From: Octopus sinensis
Lineage: Eukaryota
NCBI RefSeq assembly: GCF_006345805.1
Contig: NC_043001.1
Coordinates: 123,380,001 to 123,444,000, forward strand
DNA length: 64,000 bases
Direction: 5' to 3'
Shown here one piece after another: positions 12,177 to 25,516 of the stretch; the first letter of the stretch is position 1; each line of letters begins with the position of its first letter. The translations under genes were made by a program, and so were the position numbers. The notes under the pieces are model-generated. The model was not told where the DNA came from and did no database searches. It was given only the letters and a program-made list of their open reading frames with translations.

Positions 12177-12821
12177 ATACACAGAAACGGTGGGAAACAC
12201 ATATAAAAGAGATGCACTCCAAACAGCTAATGTCAGGTGGAAAGGCAAAAGAGACCTATAGAATAATTAACTGACTTAACCCCACCCCACCAAAAAAAGC
12301 CCCCAAATAAATGACTTCACTTTCTCAGGGAAAAGTTGACACAAATGAGAAACTAATAGGCCAGCACAGTTTTACAACTCAGATGCAGCCAATGTTTCTA
12401 ATTTTGAGAATGTAAATATTTGCTGTTTTTCATTAATTTTTCTACTGTCAGCTTTTCCCTGAAGAAAGAAATCTGTCCGAAGCGTTACATTTTGTACTTT
12501 TAACGGCAAATTCACTGTACTAACTATATCGATTTTACTACATAATAAATGTCTTACTAGAAAAGAGCAACACGGGTCTCTTTGAATTTTGTTTCAGCGT
12601 ATATATATATATATGTATATGTGTATACATATGTGCGTGTGTGTGTGTGTGTGTGTGCGTATAAGTGCCAACGCACAGAACACTCGGACCTTGAGCCACT
12701 CTATTACTTGTAGATATTAATAAAAATATACATATACTCATATTTTCAGTTCTATTGTTCCTGTTTGCATCACCATACCTATATATGTATGTGTGTGTAT
12801 GCATTTGTATGTGTGTGTTTT

Positions 12822-12861
<40 letters not shown>

Positions 12862-12879
12862 TATGTATGTGTGTGTGTC

Positions 12880-13032
12880 TGTGTCTGTCCCGCATAACTT
12901 ACCGGCTCAGCAAGACAAATTGATAGACTAAGCACCGGCCTTAACAAAATAAAAATACGTACCGATATAGATTCGTTTGACTAAAATTCTTCTAGCAGAT
13001 GCCCCAGCATGGTCGCAATGAAATGACTAGGT
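12880..13032 (+). mobile_element. SINE group A, 3' half, diverged
   Basis: cataacttaccggctcagcaagacaaattgatagactaagcacc...ccccagcatggtcgcaatgaaatgact after a (TG)n tract. Confidence 0.7.
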
Positions 13033-13379
13033 GATAACTGATAACGGATAAAAGCAAGTTTCTTGAAATTATTTGAAAATTTCCCCGTTATTTTTTCCTA
13101 TCGTTTTCTAATGTACTTTTATACAACAAAACATATTGAATAGTTTCATTTTTCAAAATTTATAACTCCAATTCATTTCCATTTATATATTCTTGCTAAT
13201 TCAATTCCCACATAGTCTACATCCACTTATTAATATAAATGTATGCTAGGGGACCTTTACCCTATCTGATAATCATTTTCATACGATTGAAGATGAAAAT
13301 TTTTGGTACCTAAATCGGTAATGGACTGTTTTAGCTATTGTTATAATGTGTGCGTGTGTGTGCGGGCGTATGTGTGTGG

Positions 13380-13410
<31 letters not shown>

Positions 13411-14307
13411 TGTGTGTGTGTGTTTCTGTATGTGTGTGTGTATGAAATATATTTATATATATATTTATATATATATTTATATATATATTTATATGTATAT
13501 ATATATATATATGCTCAGCTTTCTGTCTAACGATCTCTTAAACTCACTCCACCATTTTTGAGTGTGTGTTTCATTTTATATACTCACAATTACACACACA
13601 CATACGTACATACATATATACAATCACACACACATATATACATATATAATACGCATAAATGTATGTGTGTGTGGAGCTAGCTAACAGCAAGTTAGCTAGC
13701 GACACACGCGAATAAATCATGAGTGTAAGAGAAAAGAAAGAAGTTAGAGAGTAAACGGTTCAGAGAATATTAAAGTAGATGGCGGGATATGATATAGTTA
13801 ACGAGGATATCCGAGGAAAGGAGAAATAAAAAGGAAAAAATGAAAAAGTATAGTTGAAAGAAGTGGAGGGAGGAACGATGGAAGTGAAAGAGATAGAAAT
13901 TGAGCATAAGTATGAGATAAGCAATAGGCAGATAAATAAGAAAAGACAAAGCAAAATCAAATAATGAAATAAAGAAATGAAAAATAGAGAATCGCATGAA
14001 TAGTTAATAGGGTTTGCTTGCACATTTACAAATATAAAGGTGTTTCATCGAAACATTTCCAATCGGAATGGTGAATATCGAGAATAGCTTTTATTCACAC
14101 ATGCACCCATGCACACGCACACAAACATACACGTACACATGCACACAAACACACACAGAGATACATGCAAAACAGCCTACACATCCACTCTCTCTCTCTC
14201 TCTATATATATATATGTGTGTGTGTGTGTATGTATATATATATATATATATACATGTGTGTGTGTGTGTTTGTGTGTCTGTCTGGCCTGTGTGAGTATGT
14301 GTATATG

Positions 14308-14338
<31 letters not shown>

Positions 14339-14423
14339 AATTATATCTAAAAACGTATATACATATATTCACACATGCATATATATATACATGCATGTAT
14401 ATATATATATATATGTGTTTATG

Positions 14424-14462
<39 letters not shown>

Positions 14463-16257
14463 ATAGAGAGAGAGAGATAGATAGATAGATAGATAGAAAT
14501 ATACACATATATACATATATATATCTATACATATATATATATGCATATGCACATGCTTAGTTGTATATACATACATATATATATGTGTGTATGTATCTAC
14601 GAATATATGTATATACATATAGGCAGACGTATAACTCATATGCAAATCTTGTGTAGTTCTCTTTCTAATTACAAACGTATATATATAGAAAAAATATCAA
14701 TTGAGCTCTTTGTAGACAAGATTTGATGAGGACAGCTTTCCATATTTATATGCTACTATATTTATAGTATATATTTATATTATATTATATTTATATTATT
14801 ATTAGAGCGCTTTTGAATACATAGCAACTTCATTTGGCTCTTTTACGAATGAAATTCATGTTTTGACGACATTAATATATGTAATGCTTTGATGTAAAAT
14901 GTATAGCTTCATCTTTTTATATTCGATTAATTTGAACCGGTACATTGCAGTATATAGTCTTCAATTTTCAGGGGAAAAAATGAACAGAACTTCGATTTCT
15001 TTGTAATTCGAAATCGGAAACTGAAGATATAAGAAAAGCAACGAATGTCAGATATCGATTTATTATCTCCCGCTCACAGGAAGAGCAGTGGAAACATGTG
15101 ATATATATCTTCTCGCATGTCCAACAGTATCATACGCGAAAGAAAAATGGCTACACAGAAACAAAAATCGTAATTTGGTCACGTGCTTAACTAGCCGGAA
15201 GCTTACCTCAATTCAATGTCGATCTCTAAACAAATATAAAGTTTTACGGTAATGTATGTGACGACTTTTAATTAAATTTGTTGAAAGTATATAGCTGGTA
15301 GCACCCTCCTTACACAGTACAAACACACCACGCGCCCCACATACATTGTATCTAGTAAAACCTCCTATTGATAAAGATGCTATAACTACTGTATATAGAT
15401 TTGTATCCAGATTTTGTAAATGTTAAATTGAATATTTACTATCTACATACGCCTCCGGTTAAGAACAAACTTTCAATAAACTTGAATTATTCCAATTACC
15501 TCGATCTTGATTCCCAAGCTTCACACATATACACACACATACACACTAAGATATATATGTATGCAATATATCTTTCTATGTATTCTGATGTAATAGAAAA
15601 TAAATAGAATTCTCTACACTTTAAAGTAGAGCTAAAATATTGTAATCTTACATATGGAAAACATCTGAATTAAGCTCCTATCTTTTAAACTAGTAGAGCA
15701 CTCTGTTTGTAGAACATTATACATCAGTTGTGTAAATATAGCAGACTCTATGTTCGTTGTTCAGGTATTTTACAGATCACAGATCCACAGCAGTATTTTA
15801 ACAACATTGCTTCCCCATCGTTTATAACATGTATAACACCAAGCTGTATTTAAAAGACCGCTATACATATGCATCTACTTCAACCACTGAAGTCAGTGAA
15901 TAAAATAAAGCGGCCGAATTTCGCTCAAATCATATCCACCTTAAAAAGAAAATAAAGAGTACGCTGGGTTATGTAGTCCAAAGTAGTACTAAAACAGCAC
16001 GATCATAAAAGAAATATCTTTCATCACAGACATTTTTTTCCAGGGTTGACATCAGATTAAATGACGATAACCGATTTCTTTTTCCTTTATAGCATTCTGA
16101 ATATTGCTGCAGTGGGATACAGTGCTCTCCAAGCAGATCTGCTAACGATAATTTTTAACGGCTTCTTTACTAAGCCAAACTTGGATGATAAAGAAATTGA
16201 AGAAACTGCATTTTTTTACTTTAATAATTCAAAATCTCTGTAGCAATGATCTTAAAT

Positions 16258-16471
16258 ATTGATTTCAAATTTTGGCTCAAAGCCAGCAATTTTGAGTGAG
16301 AGGGTAAGTTGATTACATCGACTCTAGTTCTCAACTGGCATTTATTTTATCAGTCCCGAAAGAATGAAAGGCAAAATCGACCTCTGCGAAATTTGAACTG
16401 AGAACGTAAGGACGAACGAAATTCCGTTAAGCATTTTGTCCGGCGCGCTGACAATTCTGCTACTTTGCCGC
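16258..16471 (-). mobile_element. SINE group C
   Basis: gattacatcgactc..actggcatttattttatc..gaaagaatgaaaggcaaaatcgacctctgcgaaatttgaact..aattctgct. Confidence 0.9.
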
Positions 16472-17212
16472 TTTAATAGTCTTAAATATTAAAATGCTAA
16501 TGTGCCAGACAGCAAAAACAGTTTATTCGAAACTTTATCAAAGACTTGGAGTAAAAAAGTGACAAAGATTAAATAAAACCTCTTAGTACTTAGAAGCAGA
16601 ACTTAGAAAAAAAGGAAAAAATGTAAGATATTTAGTTTAGTGTTCTTCCATTACTACTATCACTGTATTCATTTTATGTATGATAACATTTAAAACTCAT
16701 GAAAAAGAAGTAAAACTATCGAAAATTACAGTCCCATGATAGGTAATACGGCCGATCAGTACTGGACAAAGTTTTGTAATTGGATCATTGTTATTTCATT
16801 CTCAGATCAGCCCTATCCAAACCACTAATGATAAAAGACGTTCCAGCCGTAACCATCCCATCTTTTTTTATCTTAGATAATATTATCTAATATATATCCT
16901 TCCTAGTTGGAAAGATAAGTGTGATTTGAGATTGCGAGTTGGCAGCGCGCTGACAACATGGGATAAAATGACTTACAGTACTTGTTTCGACTGCGTAGTT
17001 CGAAGTTTAAATACTCTTTTGATCAACTTTAATTTTCCTACTTTAGGATCGATTCTTTTTTTATCTCAGGAAAAAAGTATTAGTGTTCACTCATGGAGAG
17101 GAGTGGGATACACCAGGATTAAAATCGCCTGAGATATGTCACATATCAAGCCAGCGCACTAGTAACTCTATTAGAAGCCCAGGCCCCACTCGAAGTATGA
17201 TTCGAGAGAGAA

Positions 17213-17243
<31 letters not shown>

Positions 17244-17493
17244 AGGAGAGAGATTTCATTGCTATTTCTAGCAGACTGACCAACCATGATAGTGGCTTCT
17301 TCATTAGCTTCTTAGTAAATTTACTCGACTTAGCCATTGTTGCACAATACGCGGCCAGCCCATCCTTGATCAAGATGATGCATAATAAAATACTTTGCAG
17401 CTACGCCCATTATGAATTTTCATAAATAGACAACTTATCTCAGATTACTTTAGCCAATAAATTGCTTAAAAAGACGGCTGAAAATAACTTGAG

Positions 17494-17528
<35 letters not shown>

Positions 17529-18197
17529 TAAAGGAAAAAGAGGAATTTGACTGCTACTTTTAGCAGGTGGAGTGATAACGCAGAATCTTCCTCATTGCCG
17601 ATAAACTGGTTAATTACAGATCTCGGTGTTTCTAATATGCTAATTAACAATTTGGATTATTTTATTTCGACTTCTTGTTCGTTTATTTTTTTAAATTTTA
17701 TTTTCTTCGTTGTAGCCAGTGTTATGAATAAAAATAGAACTCTCTTCCTGACTTTGGCACAGACTAAAATAACAAAAAAAAAATTAAAAAGTAAATCAAA
17801 AAGTCTAAAAACAGCAACAAAACACAGAAAATCAGAAAAGAAAGTAAAAAAAAACCAAAAAAAAAACCATCTGAATATGAAGCGGAAATTAGATTTTTAG
17901 AGAAGAAAGACTCTTCGAAAGTTGGTTAGATGGAGAGAGGTAACGCAGCTAGCTAACAAAATAATATATATATATTTAAATATGAGAGAAAGAAGGAGAG
18001 GGATAGTGAAAGTGAAAGTAGAAAAGAGAAGAAGAGAAAGAGGGTTTATATTAAAATATAGTTAAAAATCCATCACTGTTCATCGATGGAACCAATGGAA
18101 CCATGTCATCCATTTTAGGCCTCATTAAACTGAAGCAATGCACCGTTCAGATTTTTGAAAACATGTCCAATGAGCTTCCTGCTGACGGTAAAAAAAT

Positions 18198-18350
<153 letters not shown>

Positions 18351-18898
18351 GATTTTTGTTACTGTTATTACTATCGTTGTGATTCATATTTTTATTACTT
18401 ATTTATCATACCTATAAATCTATTTTAAAAATATCTTTTATTGTTCCATGGTTTCGTTTCATTTTAGTTTCTTCTTTTTTGAGCATTGTCTTTATATATA
18501 TCTGAATCGTTTCAATGCATAAAAATATTACAATGCAGATACCAGTGGAGAACCAGTGTAATGATTTTGCTCATCCAAAACCTTCAAAAAATACAACAGT
18601 GCATTTAATTCGTTGTATCACGTGATTTATTGATCTATTGTAGTCTCGAAAATGTCGAATATAAAATCGTTACAGACATATTTGTAGGTTCCGACATACG
18701 AATTGCAATAAAAAAATAATAATAAAAGTTTGTAATGCTATTTTATGTTACGTTATGAATGTAGAAGCCACGATATAAAAATACATTTCGGGTTATTATA
18801 TTTCTATGGAATGACAACTTCACTCTGATTCCAATCAGTACTGGATTCATTTTTTTCGAATTCCATGAAATTAGTGGAAATTTTAATAGGATTCACTC

Positions 18899-19242
18899 GC
18901 AGTCATGAGTGTGTGATAAGAAGTTTGCTTCCGAACACAACTACATGGTTTCTGGTTCTGGTTCAATCTTACTGGATGACACCTTGAAAAAATTTCTTCT
19001 AGTATAGATCCTGGCTAACCAAACCCTCGTGAGTAGATTTTTTGACGGAAACTGAAAGACGTCCGTCATATAAATACACACCGGTGTTAGTGTGTTTATA
19101 TTCTCGTAGCCGTAGCAGTTCGGCAAATGAGGCCGATAGAATAAGTACGCGGCTTCAAAAATAACTATTCGACCAAGCACTTTAGGGCGGTACCCCCAGC
19201 ATACTGCAGTTCAATGACTGAAACAAATAAAAGATAAAAGAA
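18899..19242 (+). mobile_element. SINE group A, diverged, internal microsatellite nearly absent
   Basis: gtgtgataagaagtttgcttcc..gacggaaactgaaagacgtccgtc..ccgatagaataagtac..aatgactgaaacaaataaaagataaaag. Confidence 0.85.
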
Positions 19243-19529
19243 GCAATTACGATGAATATAAAAACATCTTGTTGAACTCTAAGGTTTATCTAAATCACAA
19301 ATTCTGAGTATCTTCAAATGACAATCCATACAGTTTGTATTGATGAGAAAAGGCATTGCTATGATCCTTTCAGTATCTGCGGCACTGGCGTGATGTAGGG
19401 AGAGCGGGAGCAAGTTATCCACAAATCTTAATGATTTAAATGATTGCAACATATTGAATTCCTCTGCTAAAGCCATCTACGGTGCCAAGTCTACCACTGA
19501 TGAAGATAACAACTGTTTTTACAACTCTG

Positions 19530-19720
19530 AATGCATAGAATCGGGACAAATACTGCAAAGCATTGATTCTATCATTTTTACTGTTCTGCTAGTCCAATGT
19601 CCTGGATTGGTACTAATTTAATCAACCATAAAATGTTGAAAGGTAAAGTTAACTTCAGTGGAATTTGAACTCAGAAGGTATGAACCTGGAAAATATACTG
19701 CAAGATATTTAGTTCGACAG
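19530..19720 (-). mobile_element. SINE group C, strongly diverged
   Basis: ggtactaatttaatcaacc..gaaaggtaaagttaacttcagtggaatttgaactcaga. Confidence 0.65.
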
Positions 19721-20768
19721 TCTTACTGTTATGCCTTGAGTTCCTTTTTCAGAGTTCACTGTGTTGCATTCAGAATTCAGATTAGATCTCATATCTGAAG
19801 ATTCCTTACTTTCTCGCACTAATATCAAACGATCTGAAAAAACTCAAGGTCGTGACTTTTTTCCTTAAAAAAACGTCATTAAAATGATAATGTCAAAAGA
19901 AAAGTCACTTTGCTGATCTTCACCTCTCTTCTGGTACAAATTCTCAGTTTCCAGGAATTAGCTCGCTCGAGAAATGAATCTATGTTACAGAATCATTTCG
20001 TGTGAATTTTAACACCCCCACCCACCAAATACACTATATGCAGGTAAAATAAGTTGTATAATTGTAAAATAAATCTAGTGTCTCTCACTCAAGAGTTTTT
20101 ATCTTCCTTTCTGGCCAAACTATCACAGTCGATCCACTAATGCACTGAAGATAGAGTTATAATGTTAAAGCACAAAAGGTAGAAAGTGCTGATAGCAAAT
20201 TTTCAAATACATAGAATTTATTCATGTATTTTTCTGACTTTGCCAGTTTGACTTTGAAAAGAAACCACTATTTGTCGCAACAAGTTGGTATGAGAGTAAG
20301 TAATACACCATATTCCTGAGGAAACACCAGCATTATAGATTTAGAGTAGTATCTAAGGAAATACTTTATTGTTGCTTAGATCCATGTTAAACCTAGGTTG
20401 TGATGATGTCGTCATAGGTACACCACGTCTCCACTTAGGGTGGGATTAAAATTTCACCCTAATTTTATATCCTCCCTCCCCTGAAAAGGTAGAAAATGCT
20501 CACGGAAGAATGAGAGCTCCAAATGGTCTTTCTGTAGTAATTTGTTAATAATTTTTTATTGTTTTCTAATCGAATGGCATCTCGGACTGTTAACCTCATC
20601 TCTGCGAGTATAGTCCAAAAATATACCATAGCACCACTGTTAATAATACGGTGTATGAAACTTCCCATCAATTTTTCGGTTGTTGTAGGAAAGAAGGATA
20701 CAGAGTACGGACTGTAAGGTACGAAATATGTTTCTTCTTCATACTGCTTCGTTGGTATTTTGATGCTT

Positions 20769-20998
20769 GCGAGCTGGCAGAAACGTTAGCACGCCGGGCG
20801 AAATGCTTAGCGGTATTTCGTCTGCGTTACGTTGTGAGTTCAAATTCCGCCGAGGTCGACTTTGCCTTTCATCCTTTCGGGGTCGATAAATTAAGTACCA
20901 GTTACGCACTGGGGTCGATGTAATCGACTTAATACCTATGTCTGTCCTTGTTTGTCCCCTGTGTTTAGCCCCTTGTGGGTAATAAAGAAATAGGTATT
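20769..20998 (+). mobile_element. SINE group C, well-preserved copy
   Basis: A box tggcagaaacgttagc, B box gagttcaaattcc, central gaggtcgactttgcctttcatcctttcggggtcgataaattaagtacc. Confidence 0.95.
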
Positions 20999-22164
20999 TT
21001 GATGCTTAAAGCTCTTTTTATACACTTTTGAAATTGTTAGCGTTCTAAGCACCGTTTCTATGGCACCAGAAATATTTTTCTAAAAGCTAACGTGGTACTT
21101 TGGTTAGAGAACAAATGCTAGTTAGAAATTTGTGTGAAAGCACTGTGCAATTGATGGGTCGGATATATTTTAAGAGCAGCTAATGTAATAAATGATAACA
21201 ATGCATGTCTCTGCCTTCAAGCTGCACACTTGGTACAGTTTATGAGCAAAAGTCAGACTTCTTAGATTAGATTCACTGGGTTTCTTGTAGTTTCAGCTTA
21301 GTGATCAATATCAATATGATTCACTGGATGATCAATTATCAAGCAAAGTGTAAATTTGTTTATTTAATTCGGAATAGCATGTAAGGATTTGCTTGCTAGA
21401 TGTGTTTGGCACAAGCTAAAAACAACAGCAGCAACAACAGTAGTAACACCAACAGCAACAAGAGCAGAAAGAACAATACTAACAACAAACTTAATAACAA
21501 CAACAACAACAAAAAATAACGAAATCGATTTATAATATATGATTCATTGTGTAAAATGGAAATTTCCTGTTTTGTTCGTTTAAAATTCAGCCAATGAAAA
21601 TTATCTTTCTCTAATGTATTTTTCTATTTGTTTTAAGACAAAGGGAAAAGAAAATGAATAAAAAGAGAGAATATAAACCTTTTAGTTATTATTTTATTCA
21701 TTCTTTTGGCTCTTGGTCTGTTAGTTATACGTAACTATGTCTGCCAACTTGGGTAATATCTTTGTAGCTAGAAGCTTAAAATGAACTGCTGCTCATCCTC
21801 TTATCTCGCTAACACCAGACGGTAAGAAAATACAACAAATTTAGCAGTGACTGCTACTGAAATGTACCATGGATCGTGTTCAGCACAAGCTGTGGTGATG
21901 GCAATGGGGGAGAAGGTCTCTGAAATACTGACCGTAATCGATAATGAAGATGCCAAATGTATAAATAGATGCTCTTTCAGAATAAGCTAGTTTTCTCAAT
22001 AAATTGTTCATTTACTAATTGGCAACAATCAAATTAGGCCACGAAAAAGATGGTTTTGTAATCTTCTTTTGGTTTATCAACAAGAACGTAACTTTCTACG
22101 CGTCTTTTGCAAATATGAAACATTCAATAATTTCTTCTTGCTTGTTGTATCTCCATGTATGAAG

Positions 22165-22476
22165 GTGGAGGCACATGGCCTAATGGTTAGAGCAACGGAC
22201 TCGCGGTCGAGGGATCACGGGTTCGAATCTCAGACCGGACGATGTGTGTGTTTAGGAGCGAAACACCTAAGCTCGAACGCGGCTCCGGCAGAAGGTAATG
22301 GCGAAACTTCTGCTGACTCTTTCGCCCCAACTTTCTCTCACTCTGTCCTCCTACATCTTGCAGCTCACCTGTGACGGACCGGCGTCCCCTCCAGGTGGGA
22401 AACCTATACGCCAAGAAACCGGGAAACCGGGCCTTACGAGCCAGACATGGCTCGAGAAGGAACAAACAACAACAAC
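22165..22476 (+). mobile_element. SINE group B (OR-like body) + tail T2 with (CAA)n end
   Basis: tggcctaatggttagagc A box, ggttcgaatctc B box, gacggaccggcgtccc..gaaaccgggaaaccgggcc tail. Confidence 0.9.
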
Positions 22477-22507
22477 ATGTATGAAACAATAAGATAAAAC
22501 TAGTAAC

Positions 22508-22660
22508 ATTGGCAAGGACATGTGGCTTAATGGCTAAGACATTCAGCTCACGGTCATAAGTGCAATTTCCGGAGAGAGTGTTTAGAAGTTACTTTATCTA
22601 CAGTGCAGCATTTCATTTCGCATTACTCTAGTTTACTCATATGTAGAGAGCTACTCATGT
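22508..22660 (+). mobile_element. SINE group B (CORE-like), strongly diverged
   Basis: catgtggcttaatggctaagacattcagctcacggtc..catttcatttcgcattactctagtttactca. Confidence 0.5.
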
Positions 22661-22778
22661 ACGCTCATGTTGCAGCTCTCTCCCTCACTCTCTCTCATCT
22701 CAGGTTCCATATCCTGGGTATTCTACTGTATGAAACAGGAGGGAGTTGACAGAATGTCTTTGTTTACTTTCAACTAGG

Positions 22779-22809
<31 letters not shown>

Positions 22810-22833
22810 TATATAATATATATATATATTATA

Positions 22834-22875
<42 letters not shown>

Positions 22876-22883
22876 TATATATA

Positions 22884-23061
22884 CTGTTGTGTCTGGGGAG
22901 AGTCATTCTCTTTTAGTGCCTTATTATTTAACACACTTACCGGTAAAATTTCCACTTATTTCTTATTTTTATTTTCTAAAATAGTCAAGACTATTGAAAA
23001 TTTTAAAAAATAAAAATAAGAAACAAGTGGAAATTTTACGGACTCTCCCCAGACACAACAG
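22884..23061. repeat. Fold-back (inverted-repeat) element with asymmetric arms
   Basis: Perfect 21-bp outer IR ctgttgtgtctggggagagtc / gactctccccagacacaacag; 40-bp inner IR at 38/40; centre atagtc-aa-gactat. Confidence 0.9.
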
Positions 23062-23137
23062 AATATGCTTCAACACACGAACTCATATAAAGAATCTTGC
23101 AAACAAAATAAAAAGACGAAATATTATATATATATAT

Positions 23138-23192
<55 letters not shown>

Positions 23193-23698
23193 CTGAAAGC
23201 ATGGCACATACTTCCAATCCATGCTTCCCCCACGAGTGATAACAAGCTTTACAGAGCTGTATGTATTTCTGTTCGAGCTTATAACTTTCTTTAAGCATCC
23301 TCGATATATTATTTTTTGTGGTGAGACAAACAAATATGTTGAGTATTTAACGGAATGTTTTTTTTTCCTCGGTCATGGAGAGTAGATTTTTACTTCCATT
23401 ATCAGGCGTTTTAAGTAATTCTACACCAAATACATAATTCTAAACACGTTGACTCGTTCAGATGAACAAAATACAAATGAAAAAATAGATAAAATAAGAC
23501 AAAACACCCTCAGGTTTCTGTGCAAATGTTATCTAGCAACAAATTTATATATGATCAAAGAAAAACATTTTATCTCATCCATTCAATAGTGGAGAAAGCT
23601 TATCTAAGAATGCGCACGCACACATAGACACACACACTCACGCCTAACACATGCACATGTGTGTGTATGAATGTATGTATGTATGTATGTATGTATGC

Positions 23699-23733
<35 letters not shown>

Positions 23734-24503
23734 CATACTTATATATGCATACGCATTCACAACACACACACATATAGACATTTGAAGTTACTAAAAGGAT
23801 TATCTTCTGCTTATGTATGTATGTATGTATGTATGTATGTATGTATGTATGTATGTATGTATATATGCTTTTATTATTGTTTAGATTCCCTCTTATGTGA
23901 ATTGCTATCTGTATTATTTGAATAGGATACTGCAGCTTCGTGCTTGCGACTTGATGTATTGAAGAGGTAAAAATGCTGTGTTTAATTAAAATTATTTACA
24001 TTCTATAGAACCTACAAGTCAGTAATTTTCTTGCTGTTATGAAATTAAGATTAAATGATAGCAATATCGAAATTTCTTTACGTCCTAATTCAATTCGCTG
24101 GTAAGACTTCTTCTAAGAACTCACTACACTACATACACTTGTCTTTCGAAGCATATCGTCTCTTCGTTTCATTTGCCATTCATATAGTGCTTTCGATTTC
24201 TATGAACTATCACCTCGTGTTCCCCACCCAAATTCTTCGAAATCTAATCCTTCGCTCCGGTTAACTTTTCTGTAGCTAATTCCCTAAGTTACTCCTATAT
24301 TCCGCCAATTCTCAAATCGACAACGTTGTGAAACTTCTGTTCTAATCATGGCTTCTCTTCCGGCCTTAACCTGACTATCAATAATAGTCAATAGGTACAT
24401 AGAAAAGCCCCCAAATTCAACTGTCCTATTTCCCGTTGGCCACGGTTCTACTACTGAAGCAAAGAAAACATTTTATTACTCACTAGTAAGAATACAAACA
24501 CAC

Positions 24504-24615
24504 GGTGGCGAGCTGGAAAACATTGTTTGCACGACGAGCGAAATGCTTAGCGATATTTCATCCGTCTTTACGTTCTATGTTCAAATTCTGTTGAAGTAGA
24601 CATTCCCTTTTATGC
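24504..24615 (+). mobile_element. SINE group C, 5' half
   Basis: ggcgagctggaaaacattgtttgcacgacgagcgaaatgcttagcgatatttc..gttcaaattc. Confidence 0.8.
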
Positions 24616-24991
24616 GTGTACCAAAATTTGAATATAATATAAGCATACATACACACACCTACTGCGACCAGTACCTTTGTAGAGCTTGCAACATACTGGA
24701 TATCAAAGAGGCCGGTAAGTGGATAGCGTCACCAAGTTGCTTATTTGAGCGGTAGACGTTGACTCAAGATATAGTGCTTGCTGCCAGACGTAGCGCTAAA
24801 TGGACACAAGCTGTGGGGTTCATCAACCTTGGGTGGATCATATTGCTGAAGATAGTTGAAAATCCGAAACATCACTGATGTATCCAGGTGCGTCAAAGGT
24901 GATTCATGAGAATGTGTGTGTGTGTGAATGTGTCTGACTGTGTGTGTATTTGAGTGTGTACACACACATATATAATATATATATTTATGTA

Positions 24992-25046
<55 letters not shown>

Positions 25047-25132
25047 CATAAATGAGGCAAAGGAAAATTTTCTAATGCCAAATATGCCGAAAAATTGGAC
25101 ATATTGTCCATTAACCATATAAATGTTTCACA

Positions 25133-25163
<31 letters not shown>

Positions 25164-25224
25164 TATAAAAGATTAATAAGTTGTCCCTACTTTCGTAACG
25201 CGGAGTAGATAAAACAGGGGAAAA

Positions 25225-25385
25225 CAGATGAAGGGAATGTTCTTTATGTTGCCTGTCTCGTTTCCCTGTTTGTTTCTTTCTTTCGATGTTCGAAAAAATA
25301 TCCGTTTGCTATGTTTTTGTTTTTTTGTTATCGTTTCTCACTGTGTCTATGTTTTTTTCATGTTTCTGTATCCATATATGCATGT
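25225..25385 (+). repeat. Unclassified interspersed repeat family E, copy 1
   Basis: gatgaagggaatgttctttatgttg..tctcgttt..ctgtatccatatatgc; homologous to 35065 and 57772. Confidence 0.6.
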
Positions 25386-25459
25386 ATATATACATATATA
25401 TGTAGGTATGTACATATATGTATGTATATATGCATATATTTTCATATCATATACATACA

Positions 25460-25495
<36 letters not shown>

Positions 25496-25516
25496 CATAT
25501 TTGTGTGTGTGTGGGG

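Noticed and set aside
16061-16243. 60-aa ORF behind a strong polypyrimidine-AG
   Set aside because: No recognisable homology and no convincing donor; AT-rich chance ORF.
24674-24715. 32-nt micro-exon candidate (ctttgtag ... ccg|gtaagt)
   Set aside because: Good splice signals alone are common; there is no recognisable peptide or partner exon.
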